This document shows positions 19,787 to 28,946 of a stretch of 64,000 nucleotides of DNA, piece by piece. The translations under genes were made by a program, and so were the position numbers. Source of the DNA: Longimicrobiales bacterium (GTDB lineage: Bacteria > Gemmatimonadota > Gemmatimonadetes > Longimicrobiales > Gaopeijiaceae); the NCBI GenBank assembly GCA_041690395.1, contig JAWLHJ010000006.1:294530-358529 (forward strand). The letters run 5' to 3'. Every line of letters starts with the position of its first letter. Positions within the stretch are counted from its first letter, which is position 1. The notes beneath the pieces are model-generated. The model worked only from the letters and a program-made list of their open reading frames with translations. It was not told the DNA's origin and ran no database searches.

Positions 19787-21906
19787 GCTTCCTCGTTCCG
19801 CTCTTCCTCATCGGGCTCGCGGGGGTGGCGATCCCCATCGCGATCCACCTCACGCGGCGCCAGCGCCGGAACGTAGTGCGCTTTCCGTCGCTCATGTTCC
19901 TGGAGAAGATCCCCTACCAGGAGCAACGACGCCGCCGGGTCCAGCACTGGTTCCTGCTCCTTCTGCGGGCGCTAGCGCTCGCGCTGATCGTGTTCGCCTT
20001 CGCGCGTCCGTTCCTGGACCGTTCCGACCTCGTGGCCGGCACCGCGACCGGACCCCGTGAGGTCGTGCTCCTCGTGGACCGGTCGTACAGCATGGAGATC
20101 GGTGACCGGCTGGAGCGCGCCCGCGCCGAGACCGCGGACGTGTTGGCCGGCATGGGACCCCTCGACCGCGCCAGCCTGGTGGCCTTCGACCGGAACGCTA
20201 CCGTCCTCGTGCGGTCCACCACCGACCGTGCGCGGCTTCTGTCCGTGCTCGACACGGTCGTCGCCGGCTCGGACGTGACGCGCTTCGGGCCAGCGCTCCG
20301 CGTGGCGCAGACGATCCTCGAGGAGTCGGAGCTCCCGAACGGAGCGGTCTATCTGCTGAGCGACTTCCAGCGCACGGGGTGGGCGGCCGACGAGGGTGTG
20401 GGTCTTCCGGCGGGCTCGGAGTTCGTGCCGGTCGCGCTGGGGGACGCGGCACCGGAGAACGTCCAGATCGCGGGGCTCTCGCTGCCGCGCTCCGTCGATG
20501 CGGGGCGGGAGCGGGTGACGCCCACGGTCCGGCTCGTCCGCCGCGGAGGCTCGGAGCCGATCGAGGTGCCTGTCACGCTGGAGATCGACGGCCAGCCCAT
20601 CGGGACCGAGACGGTCGAGCTGGGCGGCGAGGGGGCCGCGACCGCCGTCTTCCCGCCCGTGACCGTATCGCGTCCACACACGCGGGGCACGGTCCTTATC
20701 CCCACGGATGCCGTGCCGGCCGACGACCGGAGGCACTTCGTCCTCTCGCCGGGATCGGTGCTACCCATCCGGGTCGTGGGCGCGCCCGGCGGCGGCGAGG
20801 ACCCGAACCTCTATCTGGAGCGGGCACTAGGCATCAGCCAGGACGGCCGGTTCGAAGTCACGGCCCGCCGCGGGAACGGGCTCGCGGCTTCGGATACCGA
20901 AGGCGTCTCGGTTCTGGTCCTGAACGACGTCCGTATCGACGGGGGCGCGGCCGAGCGGCTGCGCGCCTTCGTGGAAGAGGGGGGTGGGCTGCTGGTCGCC
21001 ATGGGTGAGAACGCGGCCTGGCCGGCGTCGGCGCTCGACCTTCTTCCGGGAGCTCCCGGCGCGCCCCGCGACCGCGAGGCCGGTCGCGGGGCCCGGCTCG
21101 GGCAGCTCGCCTACGACCACCCGATCTTCGAGGCCTTTTCCGGGCCACGGAGCGGGGACTTCGGCAACGCCCGCTTCTTCAGGGCCCGCGACGTCACGGT
21201 GTCGGACTCGGCCCAGGTCCTCGCCCGCTTCGACGACGGATCGGTGGCGCTGGCCGAACGGACCCTCGGGCGCGGACGGGTCCTCCTCTGGACTTCGACG
21301 CTCGACGGGTTCTGGAACGACCTGGCGCTGCAGCCGGTCTACCTCCCCTTCGTCCACCGGATCGCCGAGCATCTCGCGGGACGGACCGAGGCGCAGCAGG
21401 CGTTCACCGTCGGGCAGGTCCTCGACCTCGCCGACCCGCGGGCGCTCGAGGCCGCCGGCCTGGTCTCGTCCGCGGCGGAGGGACTGACCGAGGGTGCCGA
21501 GCAGGTCGCGCTCACTCCCTCCGGAGCGGGCGTGCGCATCCCGGCCGATGCCGAAACCCGCTACCTGACGCTGACCGAGCGGGGCTTCTACACGATCCGT
21601 CCACCGGGCGCCGAGCCGGACCGGCCGTTCGTCGTCGCGGTCAACGTCGATGTGGAGGAGTCGGATCTCGAGCGGATCGAGCCCGACGACGTCGCGCTGC
21701 AGGTGCGGGCGGTGACGTCGTCGGCCGAGGGAGACGGGAGTCGGCCCGCCGGGGCGGAAATGCTGGTCCGGGAGGATCAAGAGCGCAGGCAGTCGCTCTG
21801 GCGTTGGATCCTCGCGGCGGCACTCGGACTACTCATCATGGAGACGGTGCTCTCCAATTGGGTGTCACGGAGAAGCACGATGGCGTCCCGCACGACCGAG
21901 GCATAA
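19783..21906 (+). CDS. BatA-domain / vWA membrane protein with GATase-like domain
   Basis: PIAIHL..FPSLMFL..LLLLRALALALIVFAFARP; DRSYSM, YLLSDF; LRAFVEEGGGLLV; C-terminal TM. Confidence 0.9.
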   Translation: MSFLVPLFLIGLAGVAIPIAIHLTRRQRRNVVRFPSLMFLEKIPYQEQRRRRVQHWFLLLLRALALALIVFAFARPFLDRSDLVAGTATGPREVVLLVDRSYSMEIGDRLERARAETADVLAGMGPLDRASLVAFDRNATVLVRSTTDRARLLSVLDTVVAGSDVTRFGPALRVAQTILEESELPNGAVYLLSDFQRTGWAADEGVGLPAGSEFVPVALGDAAPENVQIAGLSLPRSVDAGRERVTPTVRLVRRGGSEPIEVPVTLEIDGQPIGTETVELGGEGAATAVFPPVTVSRPHTRGTVLIPTDAVPADDRRHFVLSPGSVLPIRVVGAPGGGEDPNLYLERALGISQDGRFEVTARRGNGLAASDTEGVSVLVLNDVRIDGGAAERLRAFVEEGGGLLVAMGENAAWPASALDLLPGAPGAPRDREAGRGARLGQLAYDHPIFEAFSGPRSGDFGNARFFRARDVTVSDSAQVLARFDDGSVALAERTLGRGRVLLWTSTLDGFWNDLALQPVYLPFVHRIAEHLAGRTEAQQAFTVGQVLDLADPRALEAAGLVSSAAEGLTEGAEQVALTPSGAGVRIPADAETRYLTLTERGFYTIRPPGAEPDRPFVVAVNVDVEESDLERIEPDDVALQVRAVTSSAEGDGSRPAGAEMLVREDQERRQSLWRWILAAALGLLIMETVLSNWVSRRSTMASRTTEA

Positions 21907-21939
21907 GCTTCAAGTAGCGACCACGAGAGAGGCACGGAC

Positions 21940-24900
21940 ATGACGGATTCAGAGAGGAACGTCGCGGACAGGAAGCTCGAGAGGCTCGTCCGCGGTGTGC
22001 GCGCCCGATGGAAGCTCCGCCTCGTCCTCCGCGGCCTGGCGTGGACCGCCGGCCTCTCCCTCATGGTCCTGCTGGGGTCGGCGGTCGTGCTCGAGCAGGC
22101 CCGCTTCTCCGAAGACGCGCTACTCTGGCTGCGGATCGTGACCTGGGGCACGCTCGCGCTCACCTTCGTCCTGCTCGTCGTGCGACCTCTCCTTCGGCCG
22201 GTCACCGACAGCCAGGTCGCGCTCTATCTCGAGGAGCACGAGCCGTCGCTCGAGCACGCCGTGGTGAGCGCGCTGGAGGCGTCCCGGGCCACGGGCTTCT
22301 CGCCGGCACTGACCGGGCGCGTCCTCGAGCACGCGCTCGAACGGGCGGAGTCCGTGCAGAACGGCCGCCGCATCGAGCAGTCGGCGCTCTACCGGTTCGG
22401 CGGTGCGCTGACCGGGATCGTCGTCGCGGGGCTCGTCTTCGCGCTGCTCGGGCCGACCTCTGTGCGATACGGCGTGAGCGCGCTCCTGTCGCCGACCCGT
22501 GACGCGGCCGAGGTGAACCCCTACGCCGTCCTCGTCGAACCCGGTGACGCCGCGATCGCACGCGGCTCCGACCTCGTGGTGAAGGCGTCACTCCGTGGCT
22601 TCGAAACAGGCGAGGTCTCGATCTTCACGAGCTCGGGCGAGGAGGCCGCCTTCAGACGCCTGAGCATGCTTCCCGACGACGCCGGTGCCTTCGAGGTCAT
22701 GCTCCTCGGCGTCGACCAGGAGACCCGCTACTTCGTCGAGGCTTCGGGCGTCCGGTCGCCCACGTTCACGATCGAGGTCGCCGAGCTCCCCTACGTCGGA
22801 GAGCTCGACCTCACGTATCACTTCCCCGCCTACACCGGTCTCTCCCCGCGGGTCGTCGAAGGCGGCGGCGACGTCGCCGCCCTCGCGGGCACCGAGGTCG
22901 AGCTCCGCATCTCACCGACCATCGCGACGCCCGGGGGGCAGCTTCTCGTGGACGGGGAGCCGGCCGGAGCGCTGGAGCTCGCGGAGGATGGCACGTTGAC
23001 CACCCGGTTCACCGTGGAGCGTCCCGGGCTGTACGCCATCGAGCTCGCCCGTGCGAACGGCGACCTCGTCCCGGCGTCGCCCGAGTACGCCATCGACGTC
23101 CTGGAGGACCTGGAGCCGTCCATCCGCTTCACGCGCCCGGGCCGCGACATGCCTGCCTCGCCCATCGAGGAGGTCTACCTCGAGATGGAGGCGATCGACG
23201 ACTACGGCATCGGCGATGTGCGGCTCGTGTACTCCGTGAACGGAGGCCCTGAGGATACCGTGGCGGTCTTCGGCACGTCCGGCGCTCCGCTCGCGGAGGT
23301 GTCCGCGGGGCACACCCTCTATCTCGAGGAGTGGATGCTGGAGCCGGGCGATCTCGTCTCGTACTACGCGCTCGTCCGTGACAACCGCGGCCTCGGCACG
23401 CGCCGTGTCGTGGCCAGCGACATGTTCTTCCTCAACGTGCGTCCGTTCGAGCGGGCTTACCGCGAGGCGGAACAGCAGGGCGGTGGCGGCCAGGGTGGCG
23501 GCCAGCAGCCCGGCGCCGAGACCGCGCTCTCGGAGATGCAGCGGCAGATCATTTCGGCGACCTTCAACCTGATCCGCCAGCGGGACAGCTACACGCCCGA
23601 CGAGTTCGCCGAGAACGTGGTGAGCGTCGCGCTGGCGCAGGAGCGTCTGCGCGGCCAGGTGCAGACACTTCTCGAGCGGATGGGCAACAGGGGTCTGAAC
23701 GAGATCGATCCTGGATTCCGGGATGTCTCGGCGGTCCTGCCGCAGGCCTCGGAGGCGATGACCCGGGCTCAGGAGCGGCTCGACGAGCAGGAGCTCCAGG
23801 AGGCGATCCCCGCCGAGCAGGAGGCGCTCCGATTCCTGCAGCAAGCCGAGGAGACGTACGAGCGGTACGTCACCCAGCAGGAGCAGGGCGGTGGGGGCGG
23901 AGGCGGAGGGGGCAGCCCCGCCGCCGACGACCTGGCCGACCTGTTCGAGCTGGAGCTCGACAAGCTCCAGAACCAGTACGAGACCGTTCGGCGGGGTCAG
24001 CAGCAGCAGGCGGACGCCCAGGTCGACGAGCTCCTCGAGCAGCTTCAGGAGCTCGCGCGCAGGCAGGAGCAGGAGGCCGAGCGGCAGCGGCGGCGCGCCC
24101 AGGCCGGCGCACAGGGAACGCCGGGCGCGGGCGCGTCCCAGCGGAACCTCGCCGACGAGACCGAAGAGGCCGCCCGGCAGCTCGAGCGGCTCGCCCGTGA
24201 GCGCTCCGACGCCCGGCTCCAGGAGACCGCCCGTGCCATGCAGGAAGCGGCCGAGGCCATGCGGCGGTCCGCATCCGAAGGGGGGAACTCCGCGTCCGCG
24301 GGTGCCGGCGAGGCGCTCCGGCGGCTGGAAGACGCGCGTGAGTCCCTGGAGGACTCCCGCGCGGGGCGGGCCGGTCGCGACGCGCAGGACGCCTTGCGGC
24401 GGGTCGACGAGCTCCAGCGACAGCAGCGGGACGTTCAGAGCGACGTGCGCGAGCTCCCGGCGTCGGGGCCGGACCGCCGTGAGGCGATCGACCAGCTCCG
24501 CGAGCGGAAGAATCAGATGACCGAGGCCGTGCGCCAGCTCGAGCAGGATCTCGACCAGGCGGCGAGCTCCGCGCAGGCCGAGAACCCTCAGGCAGCACGG
24601 CGCTTGCAGGAAGGCGCCAACCGGATCCGCGAGAACAGCCTGAAGGAGAAGCTCCAGTACTCACGCGGAACCATCGAGCAGTGGGATCCCCAATCGGCGC
24701 TTACTCTCGAGCTCGGCATCGAGGGCGACCTCCAGGCGCTCCGGGACGAGCTCGAGGGCGCGCTCGAGGCCGCCGGCAGCAGGGAGCGGAATCCGCTCAC
24801 TGAAGCATTGGACGAGACCCGGGAGCTCGTGCGCGGAATGGAGGCGATGCAGCGCCGTCTCACCGAATCGCCCAACCAGGAGCGAGGCGGCTCCGGGGAG

Positions 24901-25521
24901 CCCGGGGAGGAGGGCGAGCCTGGCGCCGAGGGTCAGCCCGGTGCCGAGGGCCAGGAGGGTCGGCCCGGCGAGGGAGGCCAGCCCGGCCAGGAGGGTCAGC
25001 AAGGTGCGTCCGGTGAGCAGGCCGGAAGTGGCCAGCAAGGCGCGGAGCAGGGCGGCGGAAGCGGTGGCGGCGGCGGCCCCGAGCGAGGACTCAGGCCGAG
25101 CGGCGGACCCGACGAGGTCGGCCCCTGGAGCGGTGGCGGCCCCACCGGCGGGAGCCCGCGGACCTATTCACCGGAGGAGATCCGGCAGTACCGGAACGAG
25201 CTCCAGGAGCGGGCGGGACAGGTGCGCGACCTGCGCGACCAACTCCGGGAGGCGGGTCGCCCGGCCGAGGACCTCCAGGCCGTCCTGGAAGCGATGGAAC
25301 GGCTGGCCAGCGAGGGGGCGTTCGATGATCCGACGCAGGCGGCGCAACTCCAAGCCGACGCCGTGGACGCGCTCAAGCGTCTGGAGTTCGGGCTACGCCG
25401 CGAGGTCGAGGGCGAGGTGCCGCAGCGTGGCACGCTGACCGGCTCGGACGACGTGCCGGAGGGCTATCGCGCGCTGGTGGAGGAGTATTACCGGACGCTG
25501 GCGCGGGGCGGAGGATCCTAG
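21940..25521 (+). CDS. large DUF4175-like membrane-anchored protein (Ig-like domains, long coiled coil, Gly-X-Y tract)
   Basis: 3 N-terminal TMs, beta-rich middle (AIDDYGI), Q/E/R-rich helical region, C-terminal VPEGYRALVEEYYRTLA. Confidence 0.8.
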   Translation: MTDSERNVADRKLERLVRGVRARWKLRLVLRGLAWTAGLSLMVLLGSAVVLEQARFSEDALLWLRIVTWGTLALTFVLLVVRPLLRPVTDSQVALYLEEHEPSLEHAVVSALEASRATGFSPALTGRVLEHALERAESVQNGRRIEQSALYRFGGALTGIVVAGLVFALLGPTSVRYGVSALLSPTRDAAEVNPYAVLVEPGDAAIARGSDLVVKASLRGFETGEVSIFTSSGEEAAFRRLSMLPDDAGAFEVMLLGVDQETRYFVEASGVRSPTFTIEVAELPYVGELDLTYHFPAYTGLSPRVVEGGGDVAALAGTEVELRISPTIATPGGQLLVDGEPAGALELAEDGTLTTRFTVERPGLYAIELARANGDLVPASPEYAIDVLEDLEPSIRFTRPGRDMPASPIEEVYLEMEAIDDYGIGDVRLVYSVNGGPEDTVAVFGTSGAPLAEVSAGHTLYLEEWMLEPGDLVSYYALVRDNRGLGTRRVVASDMFFLNVRPFERAYREAEQQGGGGQGGGQQPGAETALSEMQRQIISATFNLIRQRDSYTPDEFAENVVSVALAQERLRGQVQTLLERMGNRGLNEIDPGFRDVSAVLPQASEAMTRAQERLDEQELQEAIPAEQEALRFLQQAEETYERYVTQQEQGGGGGGGGGSPAADDLADLFELELDKLQNQYETVRRGQQQQADAQVDELLEQLQELARRQEQEAERQRRRAQAGAQGTPGAGASQRNLADETEEAARQLERLARERSDARLQETARAMQEAAEAMRRSASEGGNSASAGAGEALRRLEDARESLEDSRAGRAGRDAQDALRRVDELQRQQRDVQSDVRELPASGPDRREAIDQLRERKNQMTEAVRQLEQDLDQAASSAQAENPQAARRLQEGANRIRENSLKEKLQYSRGTIEQWDPQSALTLELGIEGDLQALRDELEGALEAAGSRERNPLTEALDETRELVRGMEAMQRRLTESPNQERGGSGEPGEEGEPGAEGQPGAEGQEGRPGEGGQPGQEGQQGASGEQAGSGQQGAEQGGGSGGGGGPERGLRPSGGPDEVGPWSGGGPTGGSPRTYSPEEIRQYRNELQERAGQVRDLRDQLREAGRPAEDLQAVLEAMERLASEGAFDDPTQAAQLQADAVDALKRLEFGLRREVEGEVPQRGTLTGSDDVPEGYRALVEEYYRTLARGGGS

Positions 25522-25548
25522 CGACCAGAGCCCGACGGGCTGTGGTCG
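25522..25548. terminator. hairpin between convergent genes at the end of the MoxR operon
   Basis: CGACCAGAGCCC-GAC-GGGCTGTGGTCG stem with one mismatch. Confidence 0.45.
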
Positions 25549-25554
25549 GCGCGG

Positions 25555-25941
25555 TCAGCCCGGCTTGGTCCCGTTGAGGACCTCACGGACCTTGTCGCGC
25601 AGGCCGGCCACCGTGAACGGCTTCGAGATGTAGTTCACCTCGGCCACGCGAATCCCCTGCAGGAGCACCTCGTCTTCGGTGTAGCCGGACATGAAGAGGA
25701 GCGAAGTGCCGGGATGCAGCTCACGAAAGCGCTCACCGAGCTCTCTCCCACCGAGCCCCGGCATGACCACGTCGGTCAGGAGCAGGTCGATCGTTCCGTC
25801 GTGCTCGTCCGCGATGCGGAGCGCTTCCTCCCCGCCGAGCGCCTCGAGGATCTCGTAACCGTCACGGCGAAGGACCTTGCTCGCGACCCTCAGGACGGAA
25901 GGCTCGTCGTCGACGACGAGAACCGTCTTTGCGGCGCTCAT
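25555..25941 (-). CDS. single-domain response regulator
   Basis: TVLVVDDEP, LLLTDVVMPG, FMSGY, SKPFT; GGAGG before ATG. Confidence 0.93.
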   Translation of the reverse strand: MSAAKTVLVVDDEPSVLRVASKVLRRDGYEILEALGGEEALRIADEHDGTIDLLLTDVVMPGLGGRELGERFRELHPGTSLLFMSGYTEDEVLLQGIRVAEVNYISKPFTVAGLRDKVREVLNGTKPG

Positions 25942-26181
25942 GGCTCCTCCTTTGGATCCGAGGGCGTGATCGGTGGCGGAAACCCGCTCCGGCCCGCCCG
26001 AACCGCGAGGCGGACAGAACGACGAGACAGAAAGAATATGTATCAAATCTTCGTCCCGAATGCCATGGCCCCCTGGATCCCACCGCGTACGCGCCTTCCG
26101 CGGCGACCTGTTAAATTCCCGCCTCTTCTGGCCGGCCGACCGTAGCGCCGGAATCTTCGACCCACACCCCGATGGCGAGCC

Positions 26182-27864
26182 ATGTCCGGACCGCAGTTCA
26201 TCTACCACATGCACCGGGTCTCCAAGATCGTGCCCCCGAAGCGGGAAATCCTGAAGGACATCAGCATCTCCTTCTATCCCGGGGCCAAGATCGGCGTCGT
26301 CGGCCCGAACGGTTCCGGCAAGAGCTCGCTGCTCCGGATCATGGCAGGGCTCGACACCGACATCCAGGGGGAGGCGTGGGCCGCGAAGGGGACCCGCATC
26401 GGATATCTGGCGCAGGAGCCCGAGCTCGACGAGTCGCTCGACGTCCGGGGCAACGTGGAGGAGGCCGTCCGTGACACCCGAGCCCTCCTCAGCCGCTTCG
26501 ACGAAGTCAATCTCGCCTTCGGCGAGGTGACCGACGACGAGGCGATGAACGCGCTCATCGAAGAGCAGGCCAAGCTTCAGGACCGCATCGACGCCTCCGG
26601 AGCCTGGGACCTCGACCGCAAGATCGAGATCGCCATGGATGCGCTCCGCCTCCCTCCCGGAGACGCGGACGTCTCGACGCTGTCGGGTGGAGAGCGCCGC
26701 AGGGTGGCCCTGTGCAGGGTGCTCCTGGAGCAGCCGGACATGCTCCTCCTCGACGAGCCGACCAACCACCTGGACGCCGAATCCGTCGCCTGGCTCGAGC
26801 ACCATCTCGCGGCCTTCCCGGGCACGATCGTGGCCATCACCCACGACCGCTACTTCCTGGACAACGTGGCGGAATGGATCCTGGAGCTGGACCGCGGACA
26901 GGGCATCCCGTGGAAGGGGAACTACTCGTCCTGGTTGGAGCAGAAGCGGGAGCGCCTCCGGATCGAGGAGAAGCAGGAGTCGGCCCGGCAGCGGACCCTC
27001 GAAAACGAGCTCGAGTGGGTGCGGATGTCCCCCCGCGCCCGGCACGCGAAGGCCAAGGCGCGCATCAGCGCCTACGAGGAGCTGCTCGCGAAGGACGAGC
27101 GCGAGCAGGTGCGGACCGCGGAGATCCTGATCCCCAAGGGACCGAGGCTCGGCGACGTGGTGATCCGTGCGGATCACATCCAGAAGGGCTACGGCGAAAA
27201 GCTCCTGATCGACGACCTGTCCTTCGACGTCCCGCCGGGCGCGATCGTCGGCATCATCGGTCCGAACGGAGCGGGTAAGACCACGCTCTTCCGCATGATC
27301 GTCGGCGACGAGTCGCCGGACGCCGGCACGATGGAGGTCGGGCAGACGGTCAAGCTCTCGTACGTCGATCAGTCGCGCTCCGAGCTCGACCCGAACAAGA
27401 CGGTGTTCGACGAGGTCAGTGGGGGGCAGGACGTGCTCCACTTCGGCCGGGCGGAAGTCAACCCGCGGGCCTACCTTTCCTGGTTCAACTTCCGAGGCGC
27501 GGACCAGCAGAAAAAGGTCGGCGTCCTGTCGGGAGGCGAGCGGAACCGGCTGCATCTGGCCAAGCTCCTCAAGTCGGGAGGAAACGTGATGCTCCTCGAC
27601 GAGCCCACGAACGACCTTGACGTCGACACGTTGCGAGCCCTCGAGAACGCGATCCTCGACTTCGCGGGATCGGTTCTGGTGATCTCCCACGATCGCTGGT
27701 TCCTGGACCGGGTCGCGACCCACATCCTGGCGTTCGAGGGGAACTCCCGCGTCGTATGGTTCGAGGGGAACTACCAGGAGTACGAGGACGACAAAAAAGC
27801 CCGCCTGGGCGACGAGGCCGATCGGCCCCACCGTATCCGCTACAGGAAGCTCGTCAGGGATTGA
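26182..27864 (+). CDS. ettA: energy-dependent translational throttle protein EttA (ABC-F)
   Basis: ILKDISISFYPGAKIGVVGPNGSGKS, two ABC cassettes, ELEWVRMSPRARHAK, C-terminal PHRIRYRKL. Confidence 0.95.
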   Translation: MSGPQFIYHMHRVSKIVPPKREILKDISISFYPGAKIGVVGPNGSGKSSLLRIMAGLDTDIQGEAWAAKGTRIGYLAQEPELDESLDVRGNVEEAVRDTRALLSRFDEVNLAFGEVTDDEAMNALIEEQAKLQDRIDASGAWDLDRKIEIAMDALRLPPGDADVSTLSGGERRRVALCRVLLEQPDMLLLDEPTNHLDAESVAWLEHHLAAFPGTIVAITHDRYFLDNVAEWILELDRGQGIPWKGNYSSWLEQKRERLRIEEKQESARQRTLENELEWVRMSPRARHAKAKARISAYEELLAKDEREQVRTAEILIPKGPRLGDVVIRADHIQKGYGEKLLIDDLSFDVPPGAIVGIIGPNGAGKTTLFRMIVGDESPDAGTMEVGQTVKLSYVDQSRSELDPNKTVFDEVSGGQDVLHFGRAEVNPRAYLSWFNFRGADQQKKVGVLSGGERNRLHLAKLLKSGGNVMLLDEPTNDLDVDTLRALENAILDFAGSVLVISHDRWFLDRVATHILAFEGNSRVVWFEGNYQEYEDDKKARLGDEADRPHRIRYRKLVRD

Positions 27865-28355
27865 TGGCCGAGGACACCAGCAGCCAGGAAGAACGTGACC
27901 GGCTGATCGCCGAGGCCCTCGCGCATGCGGAGGCCCGAGACGCGCTCTATCGCCCGCCGACTGAGATCCTGCCGTCGGGTCGTTGGCGGGGCGCGTTGGC
28001 CCTGGTGCTGCTCGTCCTCTCCGGAATCCTCGCGGCCGCCCCGCCGAGCTGGCTCAGGGGGGCGCCCAGACCCTCGGTGTCCGACCAGGAGCGAGCCCTC
28101 GGTGTCCGGGTCGCGCTGGAGCTCCAAGCCGAGCAGATCGACGCGTTCCGCCAACGAACCCAGCGACTTCCCGCGGATCTGACCGAGCTCCCGGCCGCAC
28201 TGCCCGGAATCCGCTTCGTGCGCTCGGACGACCGTCTTTACCAGCTGGTCGGCTACGGTCCGGACCGCCGCCCCGTCGTGCTGGAGTCGATCCGTCCGGG
28301 CCCGGACGCACGCGAGGCGGCCTCCGCGTTCCTGGCCCGCGTGGACGGGTCATGA
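27864..28355 (+). CDS. single-TM protein with pseudopilin (GspG)-like C-terminal features
   Basis: ATG overlaps the ettA stop; TM followed by IDAFRQRTQRLPADLTEL and YQLVGYGPD. Confidence 0.6.
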   Translation: MAEDTSSQEERDRLIAEALAHAEARDALYRPPTEILPSGRWRGALALVLLVLSGILAAAPPSWLRGAPRPSVSDQERALGVRVALELQAEQIDAFRQRTQRLPADLTELPAALPGIRFVRSDDRLYQLVGYGPDRRPVVLESIRPGPDAREAASAFLARVDGS

Positions 28356-28888
28356 CGACGGGGGGACGAGCCGGTGGTACGTTCGGCAATGTGCTGCTCG
28401 TGATCGCTACGCTGTCCCTGCTCGCGGCCGTCATGTACCCGGCGGCGCGGGAGCGCGCGTTCGACGAGCGGATCGAGGCCATCGTGTCGGACATCGAGCT
28501 CGTGCGGGGCACCGTGGAAGACGTGCGGGAAGAGACGGGCAGCTGGCCCCCCAGCTCGGCCATCGCGGGCCTCGTCCCCGGTCTCCTGTCGCCGGGCGAG
28601 GCCATCGGAAGCTCTTTGGGGCGGGGACTGGAGTGGCGCCGACTGGAGTCCGTCGAGGTGCCCCCTCCCCCGGAGGGTGTGGAGGACTCCGTTCCGGAAG
28701 AGGACGACGAGCTGGGCCAGGAGGCCCCGACGCCCGAGCCGACGTTCTTCCATCGAGGAGCGCTCTCACTGCACACGACGGACGAGGAGGTCATCGGCGC
28801 GTTGCTGGACCGCTACCCGGAGTCGTTCGTGCACGACGGAGTCTGGACGCTACTCCTCCCCCGGGTGGCCGTCCCGCCCACACCGTGA
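28352..28888 (+). CDS. type IV pilin-like protein with degenerate prepilin cleavage motif
   Basis: RAG-GTFGNVLLVIATLSLLAAVMYP followed by a helix ending ETGSWP. Confidence 0.65.
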   Translation: MTTGGRAGGTFGNVLLVIATLSLLAAVMYPAARERAFDERIEAIVSDIELVRGTVEDVREETGSWPPSSAIAGLVPGLLSPGEAIGSSLGRGLEWRRLESVEVPPPPEGVEDSVPEEDDELGQEAPTPEPTFFHRGALSLHTTDEEVIGALLDRYPESFVHDGVWTLLLPRVAVPPTP

Positions 28889-28946
28889 CCTTGGGCGGGG
28901 AAACCGACACATTACCGGTCCGTCCCAACCGAGAACCACGCGAGAC

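Noticed and set aside
25942..27831. 758-aa minus-strand ORF as a receiver-domain fusion
   Set aside because: The upstream part is the antisense shadow of ettA; the receiver has its own GGAGG and ATG at 25941
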